Positions 1 to 8,744 of a stretch of 48,820 nucleotides of DNA are shown one piece after another. The translations under genes were made by a program, and so were the position numbers. Numbering within the stretch: the first letter of the stretch is position 1; each line of letters starts with the position of its first letter. Under the pieces are notes generated by a model. The model saw only the letters and a program-made list of their open reading frames with translations. It searched no databases and was not told the origin of the DNA. Origin of the DNA: a bacterium (GTDB taxonomy: Bacteria; Desulfobacterota_D; UBA1144); the NCBI GenBank assembly GCA_002715585.2, contig PAZJ02000009.1, forward strand, positions 22,379 through 71,198, written 5' to 3'.

Positions 1-155
1 TATCAGTTGATCAAGCTATAGAAATATCTAATAAGTTAAAACCAAAAAAGACAGTCTTAACACATATGAGTTCAGAGTTAAAGTATGAGGATTTATTATC
101 TTACTTGCCAAAAAATATAGTCCCTGGATTTGATGGAATGAGTATTAAAATATAA
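1..155 (+). CDS. 3' end of an MBL-fold metallo-hydrolase (PhnP / beta-lactamase-fold family), truncated by the window edge
   Basis: Frame 3 is open from the left edge to TAA at 153-155. The tail ...KKTVLTHMSSELKYEDLLSYLPKNIVPGFDGMSIKI resembles the C-terminal 'LTH.S ... DGM.I' end of MBL-fold hydrolases. The family call is from memory, not from a search. Confidence 0.5.
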   Translation, partial: SVDQAIEISNKLKPKKTVLTHMSSELKYEDLLSYLPKNIVPGFDGMSIKI

Positions 156-164
156 TATGTATGT

Positions 165-1388
165 ATGCATCTTTTAAGATCGAGTTTGAAAAACTTTAAC
201 AAGTCAAAAAATATTCTTATAGTTCTAGATGGAGTTGGCGGTATACCTAATAAATATAAAACAGAGCTTGAGTTTGCTAAAACACCAAATCTAAATAAAT
301 TAATAAAAAAATCTGAGACAGGCTGTCATATTCCAATTAAAGAGGGTATCACCCCTGGAAGTGGATCAGCTCATCTAGCTCTTTTTGGATATGATCCATT
401 GGATTTTAATATTGGTAGAGGTGTACTAGAGGCGTTGGGGTTAGATATAGATATAGGTTCTAAAGATTTAGCTATAAGAGGGAATTTTGCTAGTGTTGAA
501 TATAAAAATAAAAAATTAATTGTTACTGACAGACGAGCTGGAAGAATTATAACAGAAGAAAATAATAGAATAGTAAAAAAACTCTCACAAAATATCAAAA
601 TAATTGATAAATATAAAATTTTTTTTAAATCTGGATTAGAGCATAGATTTGTATGTAAAATATCAAGTCCAAACAAGATTTCAAAAGATGAGTGTAATAT
701 CCAAGATACAGATCCACAAATTGTTGGCCAATCACCCTTAGATCCTATTAATTTGAACAAAAAATCTTTACAAACTTCTATCATTATAAAAAAATTATTA
801 GACAAAATTAAGAATGTTTTGAAACAGGAAAAAAATGCAAATTTTGCACTTTTAAGGGGTTTCTCAAGCTACCCGACTATCCCTACATTTGATAATCTCT
901 ATGGAATTAAATCAGCCTCAGTTACAACATATCCAATGTATAAAGGAATTGGAAGATTAGTCGGAATGGAGCCTTTACCATTGAATACTAATAGTCTTCA
1001 AGGTCAGATAACAGCTATCAAAGCAAATATAAATAATTATGATTTTTTTTATCTTCATATAAAAAAAACTGATAGTTATGGAGAAGATGGTAATTTTAAG
1101 GAAAAAGTAAAAGAAATTGAAAAATTTGATAAACTGCTTCCACAACTTATAAATTTGAATTTTAATGTTGTTGCTATTACGGGTGACCACAGCACTCCAT
1201 CGAGAATGAAGTCTCATAGTTGGCATCCAGTCCCAGTTTTGATTAGGTCTGATAATTCCTACAATGGACTTTCAAAAAGATTTACAGAATCGGAATGTTT
1301 AAAAGGGAGTTTAGGAATTTTTGAGGCTAAACATTTACTCACTTATATATTTGCGCATGCAGGAAATTTAGATAAATTTGGTGCATAA
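165..1388 (+). CDS. apgM: Cofactor-independent phosphoglycerate mutase, archaeal type (ApgM, alkaline-phosphatase superfamily)
   Basis: 407-aa ORF. It has an N-terminal ILIVLDGVGG motif and a C-terminal ITGDHSTP motif typical of ApgM-type mutases. Confidence 0.8.
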   Translation: MHLLRSSLKNFNKSKNILIVLDGVGGIPNKYKTELEFAKTPNLNKLIKKSETGCHIPIKEGITPGSGSAHLALFGYDPLDFNIGRGVLEALGLDIDIGSKDLAIRGNFASVEYKNKKLIVTDRRAGRIITEENNRIVKKLSQNIKIIDKYKIFFKSGLEHRFVCKISSPNKISKDECNIQDTDPQIVGQSPLDPINLNKKSLQTSIIIKKLLDKIKNVLKQEKNANFALLRGFSSYPTIPTFDNLYGIKSASVTTYPMYKGIGRLVGMEPLPLNTNSLQGQITAIKANINNYDFFYLHIKKTDSYGEDGNFKEKVKEIEKFDKLLPQLINLNFNVVAITGDHSTPSRMKSHSWHPVPVLIRSDNSYNGLSKRFTESECLKGSLGIFEAKHLLTYIFAHAGNLDKFGA

Positions 1389-1470
1389 GCCGAAGTGGCG
1401 GAATTGGTAGACGCGCCATCTTGAGGGGGTGGTGCCTTCGGGTGTGCGGGTTCGAGTCCCGCCTTCGGCA
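1389..1470 (+). tRNA. tRNA-Leu (anticodon GAG), long variable arm, no encoded CCA
   Basis: Hand-folded cloverleaf. Acceptor GCCGAAG/CTTCGGC with discriminator A, anticodon stem CCATC/GGTGG, loop TTGAGGG, long variable arm, T-arm GCGGG-TTCGAGT-CCCGC. Close to E. coli leuU. Confidence 0.93.
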
Positions 1471-1499
1471 TTTTTTTACTTTTTAGTTATAATTTAAAT

Positions 1500-1898
1500 A
1501 TGAAGACAGGAATTGTTATTGTAGATCATGGTTCAAAAAGAGACGAAAGTAATGCAATGCTCGTTAGAGTAACAAAACTTTTTTCGGATAAATATTCAGA
1601 TCAATATGAAATTGTTGAACCAGCACATATGGAACTTGCTGAGCCTTCTATAGCTACCGCCTATGGAAAATGTGTGGAAAGAGGAGCTCAAAATATAATT
1701 ATATGTCCTTTTTTTCTCTCCAGGGGTAAACACTGGAAAGAGGACATACCAAGTTTAGCTGATGAAGCCGCAAAAGAATATCCGAATACAAAATATCATG
1801 TTGCCCTACCTTTAGGTGTTGATAGTTTAATTCTTGATCTTATTGATAAAAGATTGAGTGGAGTCCCTCAAACTGCCTTTAAGTCTCCCGATAGTTAA
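1500..1898 (+). CDS. Small CbiX/SirB-type sirohydrochlorin chelatase
   Basis: 132-aa ORF. It has VDHGS near the N-terminus and FLSRGKHWKEDIP mid-protein (two catalytic His contexts), and its size matches CbiX(S). Metal specificity (Fe or Co) is not deducible. Confidence 0.7.
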   Translation: MKTGIVIVDHGSKRDESNAMLVRVTKLFSDKYSDQYEIVEPAHMELAEPSIATAYGKCVERGAQNIIICPFFLSRGKHWKEDIPSLADEAAKEYPNTKYHVALPLGVDSLILDLIDKRLSGVPQTAFKSPDS

Positions 1899-1959
1899 AC
1901 TATATGAAAACTTTAAATTATGACTTCATCATTTGGTTCTTTTATTTTAAAATAATATA

Positions 1960-2523
1960 ATGATCGTAAAAGGAGGATTTCTTATTATTGTTGCTGGCCC
2001 CTCCGGCTCAGGCAAATCATCTTTAACAAAATTAATGTTAGAAAATTTTAAAAACCTAGACTTTTCGATTTCCTGTACCACCAGAAAAATGAGGAATGGT
2101 GAAACTGAAGGTGAACATTATAATTTTATATCAGCGAATGATTTTAAAAGCATGATAAATGAAAATAAGTTTTTAGAATATGAGAATGTTCATAATGAAT
2201 TATATGGTACCCCAATTGAACCAATACGGGATTCTGTTAAGTTTGGACATAGTGTTTTATTAGATATTGACGTCAAAGGAGCATATTCAATAATGAATAC
2301 TAATCATTTCGATTGCTGTTCAATTTTTATTAAAACTCCATCAATTGAAATATTGAGAGAAAGGTTAATCACAAGGGCTGATCTTACTGAAGACCAAATT
2401 AATAAGAGAATTAATGAAGCTAAAAATGAGTTAAAAAAATCTACTTATTTTGATCATTTAATAATAAATGACGATTTGAATGATGCTTTTAATGATGCAA
2501 AAAGGATAATTTCTTCATTATGA
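1960..2523 (+). CDS. gmk: Guanylate kinase
   Basis: 187 aa. P-loop GPSGSGKSS, the CTTR GMP-binding motif and the ELYGTP motif are present. Confidence 0.93.
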   Translation: MIVKGGFLIIVAGPSGSGKSSLTKLMLENFKNLDFSISCTTRKMRNGETEGEHYNFISANDFKSMINENKFLEYENVHNELYGTPIEPIRDSVKFGHSVLLDIDVKGAYSIMNTNHFDCCSIFIKTPSIEILRERLITRADLTEDQINKRINEAKNELKKSTYFDHLIINDDLNDAFNDAKRIISSL

Positions 2524-4673
2524 TTAGGTTAGATAATATAGTTGCAAAAATAAAACCTTATTTAACATCTGATGATATTGATGAAGTTAAAAAAGCTTAT
2601 GCATTTTCTGCCAAAGTCCATGCAGGTCAAAAAAGATATTCTGGAGAGCCTTACATGATTCATCCAATGGAAGTTACATCAATACTTGCGGATATAAAGC
2701 TCGACAAAGAATCAATTATAACTGGACTACTTCATGACACAATTGAAGATACTTTAGCCACAAATGATGATATTGAAAAATTATTTGGTAAAAAAGTTTT
2801 TAATCTTGTGAATGGTGTTACTAAGATAGGACAATTAAAAATAAGTTCAAAGTTTGAACGTCAAGCAGAAAACTTTAGAAAATTAATTCTAGCTACAGGT
2901 AAAGATATAAGAGTAATAATAGTAAAATTGGCTGATAGATTACATAATTGTAGAACCATCCATTATTTACCTGAAAATAAACAAACTGATTTTGCTAAAG
3001 AAACAATGGATCTTTATGCTCCACTTGCAGATAGATTAGGTATTTATTGGATTAGAACAGAACTAGAGGATATTTCATTTAAAATATTAAAGCCACATGA
3101 ATATGCAGAAATTGAATATGCCTTCGCTAACAAAAAAAACGATTGGGAAATTTATTCAACAGAAATTCAAGGCTTACTTCAAGATCAATTAGATAAATAT
3201 GGAATAAAAGCGTCAATACAAAGTAGATTTAAAAATTTTTATGGTATTTATAAAAAAATGTTATCAAAGAATTTAGACTTCAATAATGTTTTTGATATCA
3301 AAGCTTTTAGGGTAATTACTAATGCAGAGTCAGATTGTTATGCAGCACTAGGCGCCGTTCACTCCACTTGGAGACCTATACCTGGAAGATTCAAAGATTA
3401 CATAGCACTTCCCAAAAGTAATGGCTATCAATCTTTACATACGAATGTATTAGGACCATTTGGTGATAAAGTCGAGGTTCAAATTAGAACAAACGAAATG
3501 CATGAAATTGCTCAATATGGCGTCGCAGCCCATTGGAAATATAAATTAAAACATGAAAATATTGCCTCGAAGCCAATCAATTTCCCAGATAGTATTCAAA
3601 AAATTTTTGATACTCAAACTTTGAATGACCCAAAAGAATTTATTGATGCTGTAAAAGATGAATTGATAACTAATTTTGTATACACCTTTACTCCCTCAGG
3701 TGACTTAAAAGAACTACCAGTCGATTCATCAATTATTGATTTTGCATATTCTATTCATAGTGATATTGGTAATTCATGTTATGGAGGAAAAGTGAATGGA
3801 GCTATTGTTCCAATAAGTTATAAGCTTAAAAGTGGAGATATGGTTGAAATAATTACCAAAAGCGAGCAAGTACCAAAAAGAGATTGGTTGAAGTATGTTG
3901 TGACTTCGAAGGCAAAAACTAAAATACGATCTGCAATAAAAACTTCGCTTATTACTGATTCCATTAAAATTGGAAAATCAGTTTTATCTCAAAAACTTCT
4001 TTCTTATGGAATCAATATAGACAAGAAAGAGGTTCTTGAAAAATTAAAAGAATTTTCTTCAATCAAAAAGATTAAATCCCTTGATGAGGTTTTTATAAAA
4101 TTCTCTTTATCTCAAATCAACATACTAGAAATTTTGAGCTTTATGGGAATAGATATTAAAAATAAGTCAAAAGCAACTAAAGCCTCGAGAGTCATAGACT
4201 CATCTAACGCGATCGTGGTAGGAGGTAATGATAATGTCATGGTTAGGCTTGCAAAATGTTGTTCTCCAATCTATGGGGATGAGATCATAGGCCATATTAC
4301 AATTGGAAAAGGAATTTCGATACATCGTATTTCATGTAATCAAATACTTGAAATTGACCCTTCTAGAAGAATTGAAGCAAAATGGGATAAATCTTTTGCT
4401 TCAAAATCATCTACTAAGCTTAAAGTATCATGTTTTGACAAGCCAGGTATATTATCTGAAGTTTCTAATACAATAGCAAAGCATGATTCAAATATTATAA
4501 CAATTAATGCAAAACAGATTTCATCAGTCAAATCATCGATATATATAGAACTTCTTGTCAGGGATGCAGAGCATTTAAATGATATAGTTGAAGACTTATC
4601 TTCAATTGGTGATGTTAATAATGTAGAAAGACTCAGAAATATGAATCTTGAACAGATTGAGCTAAATTTGTAA
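2520..4673 (+). CDS. spoT: Bifunctional (p)ppGpp synthetase/hydrolase, Rel/SpoT type
   Basis: 717 aa. HD hydrolase motif HDTIEDT. Synthetase core GRFKDYIALPKSNGYQSLHT...QIRT..MH..AHWKYK carries the RxKD motif. TGS and C-terminal ACT-like regions are present. The ATG overlaps the gmk stop (ATGA). Confidence 0.93.
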   Translation: MIRLDNIVAKIKPYLTSDDIDEVKKAYAFSAKVHAGQKRYSGEPYMIHPMEVTSILADIKLDKESIITGLLHDTIEDTLATNDDIEKLFGKKVFNLVNGVTKIGQLKISSKFERQAENFRKLILATGKDIRVIIVKLADRLHNCRTIHYLPENKQTDFAKETMDLYAPLADRLGIYWIRTELEDISFKILKPHEYAEIEYAFANKKNDWEIYSTEIQGLLQDQLDKYGIKASIQSRFKNFYGIYKKMLSKNLDFNNVFDIKAFRVITNAESDCYAALGAVHSTWRPIPGRFKDYIALPKSNGYQSLHTNVLGPFGDKVEVQIRTNEMHEIAQYGVAAHWKYKLKHENIASKPINFPDSIQKIFDTQTLNDPKEFIDAVKDELITNFVYTFTPSGDLKELPVDSSIIDFAYSIHSDIGNSCYGGKVNGAIVPISYKLKSGDMVEIITKSEQVPKRDWLKYVVTSKAKTKIRSAIKTSLITDSIKIGKSVLSQKLLSYGINIDKKEVLEKLKEFSSIKKIKSLDEVFIKFSLSQINILEILSFMGIDIKNKSKATKASRVIDSSNAIVVGGNDNVMVRLAKCCSPIYGDEIIGHITIGKGISIHRISCNQILEIDPSRRIEAKWDKSFASKSSTKLKVSCFDKPGILSEVSNTIAKHDSNIITINAKQISSVKSSIYIELLVRDAEHLNDIVEDLSSIGDVNNVERLRNMNLEQIELNL

Positions 4674-4706
4674 TTATTTATTAACAAAATATAATATGCA
4701 TAAGTT

Positions 4707-5435
4707 TTGAACGTAGATAATAAAATTTCTAAATTATTAAAAAATATTAGAAGCATTCTCATTGCTTTATTAGTAGCTTTATTAATTAGATATGTTTTTT
4801 ATCAACCGTTTAGAATTCCCTCAAAATCAATGTTGCCAAATCTCTTAGTTGGTGATCATCTACTCGCTAATAGAATTGGTTATGGAACAATGTTTCCATG
4901 CTCCAAAAAATATATATTTAATCCTGCAAATGAGATAGAAAGAGGAGATGTTGTAATTTTTCATTGGCCTGGATATAAAAATTCCGCAAAATGTCCCAAT
5001 GGGGGGTTTATAGGCATTTTTTCAATATTTTATATAAAAAGAGTCATCGGAATTCCTGGAGATACAATTGAATTATATAATAATACTATAAAAATAAATG
5101 GTGAAAAAGTTTCATATCCGACAGAGAAAATTTTTAAAGACCAAGAAAAAGAATTTCAAATTGTCATAAATAAATTTGATAAAAAAAATGTAGAAACTAT
5201 TTATTTAAAAAATTCAAAATTACTAAATGAGGATCTTAAAGTTAAAGTCCCATTGAACATGTATTTTGTTTTAGGAGATAATAGAAACAATAGTTTGGAC
5301 AGTAGATTTTGGGGATTTGTACCGCGTGAAAATATTATTGGTGTCCCTTCTATCGTCCATTTTTCATGGGATAGTGAATTTGAATCTTTTAAAGATATAA
5401 TAAGAACAGAGAGGTTTTTTAAAACAATAGAATGA
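4707..5435 (+). CDS. lepB: Signal peptidase I
   Basis: 242 aa with an N-terminal TM segment. Catalytic Ser box SKSMLPNL, Lys box YIKRVIGIPGD, and GDNRNNSLDSRFWGFVP are present. It appears to use a TTG start, with no in-frame ATG before the TM segment. Confidence 0.88.
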   Translation: MNVDNKISKLLKNIRSILIALLVALLIRYVFYQPFRIPSKSMLPNLLVGDHLLANRIGYGTMFPCSKKYIFNPANEIERGDVVIFHWPGYKNSAKCPNGGFIGIFSIFYIKRVIGIPGDTIELYNNTIKINGEKVSYPTEKIFKDQEKEFQIVINKFDKKNVETIYLKNSKLLNEDLKVKVPLNMYFVLGDNRNNSLDSRFWGFVPRENIIGVPSIVHFSWDSEFESFKDIIRTERFFKTIE

Positions 5436-6292
5436 TACCCCATTTGTTATCAGTAGATGATTTGAAAGAAGATTTTTTAATAGACTTATGGGATGAGGCT
5501 TTAAAAAATAAGGGTAAAAATAATAAGAATCTTAAGAACAAAATAATAACAAATTTATTTTATGAGCCATCGACAAGGACTTCATCATCTTTTTACAGTG
5601 CTATGATTAGATCTGGTGGTACAGTGATTCCGATAAATAATGTTAAATTCTCATCTGTTACAAAAGGTGAGTCTTTAGAGGATACAATAAGAACAATGGC
5701 TTGCATGTGCGATGGAATTGTTTTAAGACATGATCAGATCGGAGCTGCCAAGAAAGCATCAGCCGTCAGTTCAGTTCCCATTATCAATGCAGGAGATGGA
5801 AATGGAGAGCATCCTACACAAACCATATTGGATGGATTTACTATTTATAATCACTTTAATAAATCAATAAATAATCTTAAAATCACAATGGTTGGCGATT
5901 TGAAAAATGGTAGAACTGTAAAGAGTTTAGTAAAACTTTTAAACAGATTTAGTGGAAATAGCTTTTGTTTTGTTAGCCCTGAAGAACTGAAATTTAATGA
6001 AAAATTACCTATTAACTCATATGAAACTGCTGATATAAACGAGGTATTGAATGGCACAAATGTATTGTATGTGACCAGAGTCCAAAAGGAGAGAGGCAGT
6101 ATTTATGATTATGAACTAAGCATGGAGCAGTTAAATTCACTACCTAAAGATGCAATTGTAATGCACCCTTTCCCTAGAGTTACAGAAATCCCCGTTAGCT
6201 TCGATAGTGATCCAAGAGCAAAATATTTTGATCAGATCAAATTTGGAATATGGTGCAGGCAAATTTTATTAGAAAAGGTCCTGCTAAAATGA
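5432..6292 (+). CDS. pyrB: Aspartate carbamoyltransferase catalytic subunit
   Basis: 286 aa. Motifs EPSTRTSSSF (STRT), GEHPTQ and HPFPR are present. ATGA overlap with lepB. Confidence 0.92.
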   Translation: MIPHLLSVDDLKEDFLIDLWDEALKNKGKNNKNLKNKIITNLFYEPSTRTSSSFYSAMIRSGGTVIPINNVKFSSVTKGESLEDTIRTMACMCDGIVLRHDQIGAAKKASAVSSVPIINAGDGNGEHPTQTILDGFTIYNHFNKSINNLKITMVGDLKNGRTVKSLVKLLNRFSGNSFCFVSPEELKFNEKLPINSYETADINEVLNGTNVLYVTRVQKERGSIYDYELSMEQLNSLPKDAIVMHPFPRVTEIPVSFDSDPRAKYFDQIKFGIWCRQILLEKVLLK

Positions 6293-7581
6293 ATCTTATC
6301 ATTTTAAATGGAAGAGTAGTTGATCCTTCTCAAAATATTAATAGAAAAATTAATGTAGAAATTAAAAATGGTAAAGTTCACAAATACTTTTCAGGACGGC
6401 CTAAAAAAAATATAAATTTAGATAAATATGAAATAATAAATGCAAAAAATATGATCATTTCACCAGGATTTATAGACTTGCATGTACACCTGCGAGATCC
6501 AGGTTTAGTTCACAAGGAAAACATTAAAACAGGCTCTGATTCAGCTGCATCAGGTGGATTTACATCCATTGCCTGTATGCCAAATACGCTTCCACCAAAT
6601 GACAATCCCAAAATAACTAAATATATATTAAAAACTTCTGAAAAAAATTCAAAAATTAATATTTTTCCTATAGGAGCAATAACAAAAAATCAACAAGGGA
6701 AAGAGTTAGCAAAAATAAAAGAAAATATAAAGTCTGGTTGTATAGCAATATCAGATGATGGTTTTCCAGTTGTAAATTCAAAGTTACTTTATGAAGCGAT
6801 GATGATTTCCAAAAAATTAGGTGTCCCCGTAATTTCCCATTGCGAAGAATGCTCTTTATCAAAAGATGGGGTTATTAATGAAGGAAAATATTCAAAAAAA
6901 TATGACTTACCCGGAATCCCAAATTCATCAGAAGAATTAGGTGTATTAAGAGATATTTTTATTGCTGAATATACCAATGCTCACTTGCATGTTTGTCATG
7001 TATCAACTGAGGGCTCTGTTGAAATTATAAGACGAGCTAAGAAAAACGGAATTAATGTTACTTGTGAAGCAACTCCACATCATTTTACATTATGTGATGC
7101 CGATATTGATCACAAAAATTCAAATTATAAAATGAATCCCCCACTTAGATCAAAAGCAGATATGGTTGCCATCAAAAATGGCTTAAAAGATAATACTATT
7201 GATATTATCGCTACAGACCATGCTCCACACTCTTATAGAGAGAAATCAAGGAGTTTTATAAAATCACCTTTTGGTATTATAGGTTTTGAGACAGCTTTAC
7301 CATTGTCATTGAACTTGGTTAGGAACAATTATTTAAGTTTGTTTGAGTTGGTAGATAAGCTTTCATGTAAACCAGCAATATTATCAAAAATTAAAAGAGG
7401 AAGTTTAAAAAAAGGATGGATCGCGGATATTACAATTTTTGATCCAAAAAAGAGATTTAAATTGACAAAAAAAATGATTAATTCTAAAAGTATTAATTCA
7501 CCTTTTCTTGGCAAAACGATGATTGGTAAAGTTTTTATGACTATAGTGAATGGAAAAATTATTTTTGATAACAGGAGCTGA
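6289..7581 (+). CDS. pyrC: Dihydroorotase (type I, amidohydrolase fold)
   Basis: Motifs DLHVHLRDPG, SDDG and ATDHAPH are present. I place the start at ATG 6289 (MNLIILNGRVV...). This forms an ATGA overlap with the pyrB stop, the dominant junction type here. The ORF-track start at 6250 would add 13 residues inside pyrB. Confidence 0.88.
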   Translation: MNLIILNGRVVDPSQNINRKINVEIKNGKVHKYFSGRPKKNINLDKYEIINAKNMIISPGFIDLHVHLRDPGLVHKENIKTGSDSAASGGFTSIACMPNTLPPNDNPKITKYILKTSEKNSKINIFPIGAITKNQQGKELAKIKENIKSGCIAISDDGFPVVNSKLLYEAMMISKKLGVPVISHCEECSLSKDGVINEGKYSKKYDLPGIPNSSEELGVLRDIFIAEYTNAHLHVCHVSTEGSVEIIRRAKKNGINVTCEATPHHFTLCDADIDHKNSNYKMNPPLRSKADMVAIKNGLKDNTIDIIATDHAPHSYREKSRSFIKSPFGIIGFETALPLSLNLVRNNYLSLFELVDKLSCKPAILSKIKRGSLKKGWIADITIFDPKKRFKLTKKMINSKSINSPFLGKTMIGKVFMTIVNGKIIFDNRS

Positions 7582-7586
7582 TAGTT

Positions 7587-8741
7587 TTGAAAATTACTAA
7601 AAATCTTGGTCTCATAACTTTAGCATCTTTTTTCTTTTTTTATGCTTATCATTCCTATCTAATTTTACCTATACATATAATAGAGTTAGGGGGAGGAGAG
7701 CATGATGTAGGATTAATTATGTCTGTAGCTGGTGCCAGTACCATTTTTTTTACTCCAATATCGGGCATGCTTGGTGATTCCTATAACAAAAAGATATTAC
7801 TTCTTATAGGCGCCTTTGGTCTTGCTTTAACTAATTATTTATTCATTCATTTTGATAGTCTATATTATTCTTATATTTTTTTACGATTTCTTCAAGGATG
7901 TTCTTTTTCTTTTTTTTTTGTTAGCGCGGGAACGTTTGTTTCGGAAACAATTGATTTAAAGAATCAAGCGCAAGCATTAGGCTTTTTTGGAGTATTTGCA
8001 ATTGCTAATCATGCAATTGCTCCTACATTATCAACATATATCGTATCAGAATATAGTTACCAAATCTTTTTTCTATCAACATCATTTGCAGCTGTAATTT
8101 GTTTTGTGGTGATAACCTTTTTGGAAGATTCTAAATCAGTCTTAGTCCAAGGAAAAAGAGCTTCGATAATAGGATTTATTGAAACTCTAAAAAATAAAAA
8201 AATTTTCCTTATATTTTGTATTATGTTCTTGGTTGGAGGAGCTTTTGTTACTTGTTTAAATTTTAACGCAATTTATGCTAACGAAAATATGATAAAACCG
8301 GTGACTTTATTCTTTATTTCGTATACATCTACAGCTTTAGTAATGAGAATTTTTTTCGGCTGGATTCCAGATAAAATCGGAAGAATTCAAACCTGTTATC
8401 CAGGATTAATTGGTTTTGGAATTTCTATAGGTATGCTATCATTCTCAAATACTTTTATTCTTATAATTATTTCAGGCTCAATTTTTGGTTTGTGCCATGC
8501 CCTTGTATATCCTTCTTTGTATTCTTTGGTTCTCTCATTTTCTGAGGATAGTAATAAAACAAAATCTTTTTCATTATGTAGTTTATCTTTTACTTTTGGT
8601 GGAATGATTTTTTCTTCTATTTATGGATTCATAGCTGAAATTTTCTCATTTAGAGTTATGTTTTTATCTTGTAGTATAATAGTGACAATATGTTTTTATT
8701 TTCTTGTTAAAAAATTAAAATATGTTTTAGAAGCGAGTTAA
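7587..8741 (+). CDS. Major facilitator superfamily transporter, substrate unknown
   Basis: 384 aa, almost entirely hydrophobic with about 10-12 predicted TM segments. It has an MFS-like loop GMLGDSYNKK after TM2. TTG start. Confidence 0.65.
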   Translation: MKITKNLGLITLASFFFFYAYHSYLILPIHIIELGGGEHDVGLIMSVAGASTIFFTPISGMLGDSYNKKILLLIGAFGLALTNYLFIHFDSLYYSYIFLRFLQGCSFSFFFVSAGTFVSETIDLKNQAQALGFFGVFAIANHAIAPTLSTYIVSEYSYQIFFLSTSFAAVICFVVITFLEDSKSVLVQGKRASIIGFIETLKNKKIFLIFCIMFLVGGAFVTCLNFNAIYANENMIKPVTLFFISYTSTALVMRIFFGWIPDKIGRIQTCYPGLIGFGISIGMLSFSNTFILIIISGSIFGLCHALVYPSLYSLVLSFSEDSNKTKSFSLCSLSFTFGGMIFSSIYGFIAEIFSFRVMFLSCSIIVTICFYFLVKKLKYVLEAS

Positions 8742-8744
8742 GTT

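Noticed and set aside
1389-1898. tRNA-Leu could be an integration site for a genomic island.
   Set aside because: No integrase, phage or plasmid genes are present, and I did not notice a direct repeat of the tRNA 3' end. The flanking genes (apgM, cbiX, gmk) are housekeeping with the same composition as the rest of the window.
1904-1960. An 18-codon mini-ORF (MKTLNYDFIIWFFYFKII) lies in the cbiX-gmk spacer. Its TAA overlaps the gmk ATG (TAATG).
   Set aside because: It has no SD and is very short. Such frames are easily produced by chance in AT-rich spacers. A leader-peptide role for gmk has no precedent that I know of.
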